Assembly: GCF_001194135.2 (NCBI RefSeq)
Contig: NC_069001.1
Coordinates: forward strand, 1,284,301 to 1,348,300
Direction of reading: 5' to 3'
Length of the DNA stretch: 64,000 bases
Origin: Octopus bimaculoides
Taxonomy: Eukaryota
In this document: positions 39,899 through 50,112 of the stretch, piece by piece
Numbering within the stretch: the stretch's first letter is position 1
Layout: every line of letters begins with the position of its first letter
The notes under the pieces: generated by a model
The model's database searches: none
Seen by the model: only the letters and a program-made list of their open reading frames with translations
What the model was told of the DNA's origin: nothing
Made by a program: the position numbers and the translations under genes

Positions 39899-42800
39899 CA
39901 TGCATGTGCTGTTTACCTTGTCTAGAAACAAGGCTTCAGCTGCTATAACCACACCACCACCATCGCCGCCACCACCACCACCGCTACTACTTCCTTTCAA
40001 AAGTTGAAATAATGGTTTCTCTGGCACAAAGCAGCAACTTTGTAAGGTTTGGGACAGGGGTTAGTGACGGTGGGTGGGTTGTATTTGATCAAATTGATCC
40101 ACTGACATGACTGGTACCAATTTTCTTTTTTTTTTCTTACCTTCCCCACCACCATTACCACCACCTCCTGGTATTTATTTTATCAACCCCAAAAGGATGA
40201 AAGGCAAAGCTGACCTCGGTGGCATTTGAACTCAGAACATGAAGTATTGCTAAGCATTTCACCTAGCATGCTAACAATTCTGCCAGCTCGCTGCCTTTAT
40301 AACAACAACAATAATAATAATAATAATAATAGAATGTTAAAGTGAAGTAAAGTGTTTTTGCATTTTTGAATGGCTGATGTGCATCTTCCATGCTGTAATA
40401 ACTTCTAGTTTTAACACAGACTCTGGGACCGCATCATTTGCCAGGCAGGGGCATCTCTGAAAACCCATTTTTCTTTTTACTTCTTTTTTCCTTTTTTCCT
40501 GCTCCATGGTGAAGTCGACAGAAAACGGGTGGAGCACAGTGTTGGTAGAATTGACACGAATGTATTACTGGTATGTAGCCTGTTGAATGACCTGGTTTAG
40601 AGTAGGGTTCAAACTCGGAACAATGAAAAGCTGAATGAATCATAAACAGTGTCGCATCTTAACCGAGCACCCTACTTTGGTGCTTCCTTTGTCACATGGC
40701 AGAAATATTATAGGAATGCGTGTCTGTGCACATGCACACACAATTTTGCCACTCCCCTTCTACTCATGTGCACCCCTTCATTGCACTACCTCTCCCACAC
40801 ACACACCTCTCCATCTTAGATATGCTCACATACACACGCTATATACACATTAGCAAACTCACATGCTTACACACACATTCTATTTCTCTTTCTCTCACAC
40901 ACACACAATCTCCCTACACATGCACCCCTTTCTTGCATCACCTATCCTACTTACATGTTTGCCTCTCCCATTTTATAGATACACTTTGTACACACACACA
41001 CACACACAGCACATGCTCCCTTGCTTATTATACAAACAGACACACACACACGCATATGTGCTTTCTTTCCCTTGCCCTGCACACAATCACAAACACACCC
41101 TCAGCTTTTCCTGTCTTACCCACACACACAAACTTCTCTTAACCTACATACAAAACAGTCACACATATATACACATCAGAGTTAAAAACTATGCCAAAAT
41201 CTGTTGTTACCAAGTCAGGAGCCTAACTATTGCTACAATTGTGCCAGTAGCTATCTGTTGATACCACTGTGCCATAAGCTATCTGTTGTTACAATTGTGC
41301 CATAAGCTATCTGTTGTTACAATTGTGCCATTAGCTGTCTGCCGTTATAACTGTGTCACTACCTGTCTGTTGCTATTATTGTCTTTCTAGCTATCTGTTG
41401 ATACAATTTTGCCACTAGTTATTTGTTCTGACATCTGTGCCGTAAGTTTTCTGTTGTCGCAACTGTGCCATGAGCTGTCTTTTACTGCAGCAGGGTGACT
41501 CCCTGTATAGGCATTGCATTCTCAATATCTCTCTCTCTTTTTTCCTCTGTCCATTTCAGGTTTCTTCAAACGTACTGTACAAAACAAGAAGGTTTACTCC
41601 TGTGTGGACAACAGAAACTGTCTCATTGACAAGACGCAAAGAAAAAGATGTCCATACTGTCGCTTTCAAAAATGCCTTACTGTAGGGATGAAGTTAGAAG
41701 GTGAGCATGCCGACCCGTCACCCCTTGCTCTGTTGAGGGTCTTTTTATTTCTTTATGCATTTTGTGGAGTGGTGGTGGTGGTGGTGGGGGGGGGGTCTCC
41801 TCTGAAAATGTTAAAATTTTATTTGGATGTGGTATCTTATCTTTTGTGGTTTATCTTTTACTTGCTTCAGTCACTGGACTGTGGCCATGCTGGAGCATCA
41901 TCTTGAAGGGCTTCAGTTGAACAAATTGACTTCAGTATTTATGTTTTTTATTTATTTTTTTTTTATCCAATTCAACAATACATCCACTAGCTCCAATTTA
42001 CTGATACACCCACTTTGCCCTGTTCAGCGACATACAACTGCCTGTGCCTAACAAAACAAAATATACCTACTGTGCCCCAATTTGACAATATACCCACTGT
42101 ATCCAGATGATATATGCAGAGCCCAGTTTTACAGCATACCCATTTTTGTCCTGCTAAACAACATACCCGCTGTGCCTAGATAAATTATGGATTTGCTTTG
42201 CCCAGCCATGCAATGTACCTACTTTACTTATGAACCCACAGCTCAAATAGATAATATACCCATTGAAAACATTGTGTCCAGTCTGCAGACACTATATGCC
42301 CTAGGTGAGGGGTAGTTAATGATGTCCCCTAGATGAGATCAAGGTTTTACTAATTTGTTTTTTATTGTATTTTTACAGCTGTCCGGGCCGACCGGATGCG
42401 GGGTGGACGAAACAAATTTGGTCCGATGTATAAACGGGACCGAGCACTAAAGCAACAAGCCATACGTCAACGACAGCAGATGCTAACATCGTGCCAAATT
42501 CACCTGTCAAATGGAATGAACTCTTTACCTACGTCCATGGAGGACATCAAACCTAGCTCGCTCCTGATGGGTGGAAACCAGCTAATATACAGCATGGGTA
42601 GCAGTTGTGGTGGTGGCGGAGGCGGTGGTGGAGGAGGAGGTGGTGGAGGGGGAGGAGGAGGAAATATCTCGCCTCTCTCGTCGCCAACCCCGTCGATGCC
42701 TTCACCCGTCTACGACGCATCCCCACCCATCAGTCAGTTAACCCTAACGAACAGTGAGTGTGTGCCTGTTAACACGGGTGGCTCAGCCATGCAGGGTACC

Positions 42801-45800
42801 CTGCAGCAGTACCCGGCCATGATCAGCGCCCTACATCCCATGCACTCCAGCCTCCTCTCACAGCAGCCTGCACTACCCCCTCTCATACCGTCCCTAATCT
42901 CAGACTTCAAGGCAACCATGCCTAACGAGACAGAACGTAAACAAAAGCTGCTTAACTTTATTCAAAATGAATTTGGTGGGTTTCAGTGTTCGTGGCATTC
43001 GGACAAGTTATTTATGATGTTATGTCGCCTTGTGGACCAGTGCCTATTTCTCATGGTTGAATGGGCACGCTATTCATTTTTCTTCAAAGAATTAAAGGTA
43101 AGTAAAACGCAGACATACTTTCATACATGTGAGGAGTATAGTTTTCATTATGTATAAATTTTTTAAATGTTTATGTTTTGAAACCGAAAAAATACAAATT
43201 ATGAAAAATTGATAATGCAGATTGAAGGTTTGTATGATTACCTGATATTTCAAAATTTAGGGTTAGAAACCCTTCCTGCAGGAAATTTGCAGAGAAAAGG
43301 TGTTGTTAGCTGCTTTCTCTGCTCTATAGTTATGTGGAAATCTGGAAACAGACAATACTGTTTGAATGAGCCTTCTGTTCAGACTAGTGGTTCTCAGTTG
43401 TGGCCCTCAAGCATCCTTCTGGCATCCCCCTCCCCTCGATGGTATTCCCTCTTTAAATTTTTCTTTAATCTACTTGTGTTTTATTTGTTTTGGTGTACAC
43501 CCCACCTTCAAAAACAGAAAGCAGGTTTTCAATTTTGACCCAGCATTAATAGAAATCATCAGTTTAGACTGTGCAATATGTCAAGAAGCCTGGACATATT
43601 TTTGTGATGGATTGCAACCATATAACACATTCTGCATGAACGGTGATGCCTTTCTCTACAAACAACAGTGAACCCGTGTGGAGACAAGGACAAAGACGAG
43701 CACATTGACACACACAAGTACACTCTCTTTCTCTCTTTTCTCTCTCTCTCTCTCTATTACATACACACAAACACATACGTGATACTGAAGAAGGAGCAAT
43801 AATTCCTGAAACATACATCTACACCCATTATTTTTCTATCTTCAGTAGCATTGTTTACATAGACATATTCATATATGAAATGTCATAACTTTCAGTACTG
43901 GCTCTAAATTGTAAAGAAAATCTGTGGAGACAACATCAAAAGCCACCCATACACACTCACACACACCTATTACAAAGATTTCTCAAGTTTTCAGAAGAAA
44001 CAATTCTTATTACTGCTGTTACTAAAACTTGAACCCATAACCCTTATGGTTAGTTGAGATTAGAGAAATATGAATAAAAAGAAAAACACAACAACAATAA
44101 ATAAACATAGTTTGATCCTCTTGATATTTTTCAATGTTTTTCTGTCTTTTTAGGTTGAGAACCAAATGAAACTTCTACAAAATTCTTGGAGTGAATTATT
44201 AATTTTGGATTTTTTATATCGACAACTTAACACAAATTCCACCTCAGAGTTTACATTGGTTAGTAATGTGGTGCCTGGCACCTCTGTTCATCTTCCCTCT
44301 GTTTGTGTGAGATATAGAAAGATTGTACATGCATGTGTGAGTGTGTGTGTGTGAGTGTGTATGTATATATATATAAAATAATTTCCTCTCTCTTTTGTGT
44401 TCATACAGGCAAGTGGTCACAGATTAAACGCAGATTTCTTCGATAAAATAGGTTTAGGTGACATGAGAGAGAGACTGCAGGACCTTATCAAAAAGATGCG
44501 GGAACTAAAAATTGATGAAAACGAATATGTATGTCTCAAATATTTAGTGCTTTTGAACCCTGGTAAGTGTTCAGTTGTTGTTGTTGTTGTTGTTGTTGTT
44601 ATCATCGTTGTTAAGGCAACGACCTGGCAGAATGGTTAGCAGCATCTCCTCCATCTTTATGTTCTGAGTTCAAATTCTGCCAAGGTCGACTTCGCCTTTC
44701 ATCCTTTTGGGGTCGATAAAAGGAAAAAACTAGTTGAACACTGGGGGTCTATGCAATTGACTTACACCTCCACTAAAATTGCTGGCCTTGTGCTGAAATT
44801 TGAAACCATTATTATTATTATTATTATTGTAAAGCAGCTAACCGGCAGAATTGTTGGTGCGTCAGACAAAAAAATGCTTTGCTACATTTCTTCTTGCTAT
44901 TTTTTGGTTTGAGTTCAATTGTTGCCATGGTTGACTTGCCTTTCATCCTTTTGGGATTGATACAATCAGTTTAATTTCTCCCCGAAATTACTAGCTCTGT
45001 GCCAAAATTTGAGACCTCCATGAGGCGTTGGGCCTCATGGAAGCAGTGACAGGTGACCGAGACCTTTGGCGATTATATTGTGCTTGTGTTGACCTGTCAA
45101 GCCGAGTGAGACCATGGTTGTGGCCAGTGTCAGGTCAATGGCACATAAAATACATCTACTACTCTCTCAGAGTGGTTGGCATTAGGAAGGGCATCCAGCC
45201 ATAGAAACTTTGCCAAATGATCTTAGAACCTGGAAGTCTGTCATTAAATGATGATGATGATGCTGATGAATATTAACCTTTCACATGTAAAACTATTTTA
45301 TTAAATTAAAATAAAATTAATTTGCAACAAATATATCATATGATTCTTGTAACATTTAATGTCCATGTTCCATGCTTGCATGAGTTTGACGGTTCAACAG
45401 GATGAGATGTGATCAAGCACTGCATCCTGCTCCAATGTCTGTTTTGGCATGGTTTCTACAGCTGGATGCCCTTCTAAATCCAACCACTTTATGCATATGT
45501 AACCTTTACGTGTATGTAACCTTTAATGTGTATGTAACTTTTTTACTTTGCAGACGTTGGAGGTGTGGAAAGCAGGCAACTCCTTGAAGACTGCCAGGAG
45601 AAAATCAACACTGCCTTGATGGAATACTGCACTAGTGTTTATCCCAATATGAAGGACAAGTTTGGCCAGGTTTTGTTACGCCTGCCAGAGATTCGCATGA
45701 TAAGCATGCATGGCGAGGAGTTTTTGTATATCAAACACTTAAACGGAGAGCTACCCGAGCAGACTCTCCTCACAGAGATGTTGCATTCCAAACGAAGGTG

Positions 45801-45801
45801 A
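35083..45801 (+). CDS. ftz-f1: NR5A / FTZ-F1 family nuclear receptor (SF-1/LRH-1 orthologue), 6 coding exons, 494 aa from Met at 35083
   Basis: Spliced translation gives the C4 zinc-finger DBD ([37 protein letters not shown]...[14 protein letters not shown]), the diagnostic FTZ-F1 box ([27 protein letters not shown]) and an NR5A LBD ending in AF-2 [11 protein letters not shown]. Exon lengths 118+141+719+105+154+248=1485 nt keep frame across five GT-AG introns. Confidence 0.97.
36880..37105 (+). mobile_element. SINE-like family A copy in ftz-f1 intron 1
   Basis: Family A core plus (GAT)n tail. Confidence 0.75.
38180..38797. mobile_element. Cluster of non-autonomous TTAA-ended (piggyBac-like) elements: one + copy, one inverted copy and fragments
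   Basis: Ends TTAA-(C/T)CCTTT...AAAGGGTT(A/G)AA. 38180-38410 and 38460-38698 are reverse complements (caagcttcctg.tttaaa.tgatc.aa / ttggatcactttaaaacaggaagcttg). Confidence 0.7.
38885..39110 (-). mobile_element. SINE family B copy in ftz-f1 intron 1
   Basis: aaggatgaaaggcaaaatcaaccttggtggagtttgaactcagaac, reverse orientation. Confidence 0.82.
40000..40300 (-). mobile_element. SINE family B copy in ftz-f1 intron 1
   Basis: aaggatgaaaggcaaagctgacctcggtggcatttgaactcagaac...tctgccagctcgctgcc. Confidence 0.82.
41197..41480. repeat. 28-bp minisatellite (AGCTATCTGTTGTTACAATTGTGCCATA), about 10 degenerate units
   Basis: Near-identical central units at about 41277-41332 with decaying flanks. Confidence 0.88.
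41560..41700 (+). CDS. ftz-f1: ftz-f1 coding exon 2 (recognition helix and zinc finger 2), 141 nt, phase 1-1
   Basis: Acceptor ccatttcag|GT TTC TTC AAA; donor GAA G|gtgagc; encodes [47 protein letters not shown]. Confidence 0.97.
42000..42300. repeat. Highly degenerate ~26-bp minisatellite (CAACATACCCACTGTGCC-like)
   Basis: Recurring atatac/catac-ccactgtgcc motifs. Confidence 0.55.
42379..43097 (+). CDS. ftz-f1: ftz-f1 coding exon 3 (FTZ-F1 box, hinge with Gly18, LBD helices 1-3)
   Basis: Acceptor tttttacag|CT GTC CGG; donor TTA AAG|gtaagt; ends [14 protein letters not shown]. Confidence 0.96.
44154..44258 (+). CDS. ftz-f1: ftz-f1 coding exon 4 (LBD helices 4-5), 105 nt, phase 0-0
   Basis: Acceptor ctttttag|GTT GAG AAC; donor ACA TTG|gttagt; encodes [35 protein letters not shown]. 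Confidence 0.93.
44409..44562 (+). CDS. ftz-f1: ftz-f1 coding exon 5 (LBD beta-hairpin, H6-H8)
   Basis: Acceptor catacag|GCA AGT GGT; donor CCT G|gtaagt; encodes [51 protein letters not shown]. Confidence 0.94.
44612..45015 (+). mobile_element. Two tandem SINE family B copies in ftz-f1 intron 5
   Basis: Head-core-(ATT) tail at 44612-44830, then a second more decayed copy at 44830-45015. Confidence 0.82.
45020..45265 (+). mobile_element. SINE-like family A copy in ftz-f1 intron 5
   Basis: Family A 5' part, core and GAT tail. Confidence 0.78.
45345..45490 (-). mobile_element. SINE-like family A copy, inverted relative to 45020-45265
   Basis: gttttggcatggtttctacagctggatgcccttctaaatccaaccactt is the reverse complement of the family A core. 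Confidence 0.78.
45554..45801 (+). CDS. ftz-f1: ftz-f1 last coding exon (LBD H9-H12, AF-2), stop TGA 45799-45801
   Basis: Acceptor ttttactttgcag|AC GTT; encodes [11 protein letters not shown]...[47 protein letters not shown]. Confidence 0.96.
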
Positions 45802-45843
45802 GACACTGCCTGCCTTAGGCTCCATCCAGTCGGTGTAGGTTCT

Positions 45844-45964
45844 TGGGATTTTTGTGTGTGTTGGTAGGTGGGGTGGTTTGGGTGGGATGGGAGACGTTAG
45901 GGGAAAAAGCTGGGTTGGTTCGGGAAGTGGGAAGGGTGGGTGGAGTTTTGGGGTAGGGTAGGGG
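45844..45964 (+). other. G-tract cluster (potential G-quadruplex) at the start of the ftz-f1 3' UTR
   Basis: About 14 runs of 3 or more G within about 120 nt, starting 43 nt after the stop codon. Confidence 0.6.
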
Positions 45965-46769
45965 TGCTGTGAAGTTAATGCCGGAAATGACGAAGTGCAG
46001 TGCATTGCGACAAAAAAAAAAAGACCTTAAANNNNNNNNNNNNNNNNNNNNNNNNNNNNNNNNNNNNNNNNNNNNNNNNNNNNNNNNNNNNNNNNNNNNN
46101 NNNNNNNNNNNNNNNNNNNNNNNNNNNNNNNNNNNNNNNNNNNNNNNNNNNNNNNNNNNNNNNNNNNNNNNNNNNNNNNNNNNNNNNNNNNNNNNNNNNN
46201 NNNNNNNNNNNNNNNNNNNNNNNNNNNNNNNNNNNNNNNNNNNNNNNNNNNNNNNNNNNNNNNNNNNNNNNNNNNNNNNNNNNNNNNNNNNNNNNNNNNN
46301 NNNNNNNNNNNNNNNNNNNNNNNNNNNNNNNNNNNNNNNNNNNNNNNNNNNNNNNNNNNNNNNNNNNNNNNNNNNNNNNNNNNNNNNNNNNNNNNNNNNN
46401 NNNNNNNNNNNNNNNNNNNNNNNNNNNNNNNNNNNNNNNNNNNNNNNNNNNNNNNNNNNNNNNNNNNNNNNNNNNNNNNNNNNNNNNNNNNNNNNNNNNN
46501 NNNNNNNNNNNNNNNNNNNNNNNNNNNNNNNNNNNNNNNNNNNNNNNNNNNNNNNNNNNNNNNNNNNNNNNNNNNNNNNNNNNNNNNNNNNNNNNNNNNN
46601 NNNNNNNNNNNNNNNNNNNNNNNNNNNNNNNNNNNNNNNNNNNNNNNNNNNNNNNNNNNNNNNNNNNNNNNNNNNNNNNNNNNNNNNNNNNNNNNNNNNN
46701 NNNNNNNNNNNNNNNNNNNNNNNNNNNNNNNNNNNNNNNNNNNNNNNNNNNNNNNNNNNNNNNNNNNNN

Positions 46770-46845
<76 letters not shown>

Positions 46846-46922
46846 GTTGTTATTGTTATTATTTTGTATGTATATATATGTACATATACCTATATATATA
46901 TTTCTTGTTTTATATATATATA

Positions 46923-46968
<46 letters not shown>

Positions 46969-47111
46969 CATGTATATATACACATATAATTTAATTTCTA
47001 TGTTATATAATGTGTGTATGTATGTATGTATGTATATATATAAATTTTATATGTTATATAGTGTGTATATATATATAAGATTTTATATATGCTATATATG
47101 TATGCATATGG

Positions 47112-47148
<37 letters not shown>

Positions 47149-47595
47149 NNNNNNNNNNNNNNNNNNNNNNNNNNNNNNNNNNNNNNNNNNNNNNNNNNNN
47201 NNNNNNNNNNNNNNNNNNNNNNNNNNNNNNNNNNNNNNNNNNNNNNNNNNNNNNNNNNNNNNNNNNNNNNNNNNNNNNNNNNNNNNNNNNNNNNNNNNNN
47301 NNNNNNNNNNNNNNNNNNNNNNNNNNNNNNNNNNNNNNNNNNNNNNNNNNNNNNNNNNNNNNNNNNNNNNNNNNNNNNNNNNNNNNNNNNNNNNNNNNNN
47401 NNNNNNNNNNNNNNNNNNNNNNNNNNNNNNNNNNNNNNNNNNNNNNNNNNNNNNNNNNNNNNNNNNNNNNNNNNNNNNNNNNNNNNNNNNNNNNNNNNNN
47501 NNNNNNNNNNNNNNNNNNNNNNNNNNNNNCAGTGATTTTAAAATTTTAGAAGAGGAAAGAGGCAGAAGGGGAAATGTGGTGATTCTTTTGTTTTT

Positions 47596-47638
<43 letters not shown>

Positions 47639-47643
47639 TATTA

Positions 47644-47890
47644 AGGCAGTCAGCTGCCAGAATCGTTAGCACGCCAGGCAAAATGCTCAGCAGCATTTCA
47701 TCCATCTGAGTTCAAATTCCGCCGAGGTTGACTTTGCTTTTCATCCTTTTGGGGTTGATGAATGTAAATAAGTACCAGTTATGCACTGGTGTTGATGTAA
47801 TCAACTTACCCACTTCCCTAAATTTCCGGCCTTGTGCCTATAGTAGAAAGGATTATTATTATTATTGTTGTTATTATTATTATTATTATT
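47644..47890 (+). mobile_element. SINE family B copy
   Basis: Near-consensus head, core and ATT tail. Confidence 0.85.
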
Positions 47891-50112
47891 ATTTCATATG
47901 TAACTAGATCAGGAAAATATATCCTTATGCAGAGGGATGTTGGTACATTGCATTTTCACTGTTAGCATAATGTTCGACAAGGCATTGAAACCCCTTTTTT
48001 TTCTTTGAAGTTCTGTATTTGATGGCATAAAAGAAGCACGGGGCTTATTAGATAGACCCTAATTTCAACAACACATATTCAGAGGAAGAGGTTAACTTAT
48101 GAGGGACCCAGTTTTGCATATAGGACCTGGGGTGGTTTTTTGAGACATTTTCTGTTTTTTTTTTAAGGGGTGAAGGTGGGGGACAAAAAACGATTTGCAT
48201 CTTACATGCCATCAAATATATTAATACTAATAATGATGATAATTGTGATGAATGTAAAACAAAAAAAAAAGTGAACTGAAGAAAAATACATTTTATTAAT
48301 TTTATATTAAAAATAGAACAAAAAAAATACATTGTGAAATTATTTAACATTGATAAAATTAACGAGAATGAAGAGGAAACAAACGTTTATAGTAACAACA
48401 ACATCATCATCATTGTCATAAGAAGATGAGAATATGTTGATGATAGTTATGAAGATGAGGCAGAAGAGGATCAGGATGATGCTGCAGGGGGAGAGATTAT
48501 TGATTGAAAACCACACGAGAAAGAAACAAGAAAAAAAAAACACAGGTGAATGATTGTGTATAAAATATTCTGTGATAATTATTTTGTGCATATAAATAAT
48601 ATGGTTATCATGGTGATTAGATGGACACTGGCTACTATTGTAGATGGCTGGACACTGACTGATGAGTACGGTAAGTGGACATTGGTGAGTGGTGACTGGT
48701 AAGGAAAGTACAGTAATATTGCTGTGACACTAAACCTGGAGAGGTAAGACTAGGGGGTTCTGGGTTGACATGGAACTTCAGCATCAATTGCCATAATTCT
48801 CTTTCCCTCACATGCACCCAGTGTGCTGCTATTACTCCCCCCCCCCCACACACACACAGTGTATTGTGGGGAGGGTTGTCCCACCATTTTGTTGTCATTG
48901 AAGTAGTAATTTCCTCCCTGTTCATCAAACCTATGCCTTTCCAATGAACTTTGTAAACAAAAGCCAAAAGTACCTGAAGCATTGGGAGCTGAACATGTGT
49001 GTAATGAGTTAAAGTTACATAACTTCTGGCCAGCTTTCTTTGGAAACATATATAGTACATATTTACCTATTTCATTCCCTTACAGAGTGTACAGGGTGCT
49101 TTCTTTTCATGATGCTGGCAGTAGTGAGGTCACCAAGTAGTGAGGTCCCATGGGCCCACAGTTTGGCCCTGACTGATCCAGACTAAGTCATTCAAAAAAG
49201 AAAAATTCTTCTTCACATCTCCCCACCCATCAAATGAATGTTCCAAAGTCATTTGTTATTTTAGCCCCAAATGAAATTTAATCAGGCAATTCTAAGGATC
49301 AAGCCATGACCATCTCGTTTATTTGGAGATATCTGAGGTTATATTATTTAAAAACATCTTTTATCCTTTGTATTAGGACAGTTGGGTGTGTGATTCGAGA
49401 AAGATCAGGTTGCAATTTTCTTTTGCAGATTACATTAATAATGTAGACAAGGGTCTCTTATTCGTTCATCTGAATCCACTAACAGCCAGTTAGCAGGAAT
49501 TGGTAATTCTTGGTACAAGGTTCAATTCCTGTTAAAGACATGAGTCATGCCAAACCAATGGAGAACCCTTGGTCTGTTAGAAATAGCAGCTGAATCCCTC
49601 TTGAATTATACCAATTGTTTGTTTTAAAACAGGGAAGAACATGTTAGACAATGTAGTAGATTCCAATACCTGAACAGAGAGGATGGTCATGGCTGGAATG
49701 TCCTTGATATAGAGAGCTACTCGATCAGGACTAACTCAATGTGCACACTCACACACACGTCTCTCTCTCTCTCTCTTTCTCTCTCTTTTTTCTTACATTT
49801 TCCACTTCACAAACAATAAAAGACCGTCTTTCACTCAAGTGGACAGTCTCTCTTGCCACTCCAGGTGACGACCAATTCCACTCTGTATAACTAGTTGTCC
49901 CCTCACTCCAGTTAACCAATCACCCTCCACTCGAGATAGCCACTCCCAGCTGTCTGCTATCTTCTGGAAGGAACAGTGATCAAGTGTTTCCGAAGTTACT
50001 TTGTGGGTCAAGTGGACGAAACAGACTCCTTTCTGGATTCCAGATTAACTCCCAAGTGAGATGTCACTTTATAGGATGGTCATATAATCAGATATTTTGG
50101 ATTGATTTAAAA

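Noticed and set aside
45969-47644. Long ORFs spanning N runs (also 1120-1470, 6293-7021, 9468-9934, 25368-26265)
   Set aside because: Ns translate as X and hide stops; artefacts.
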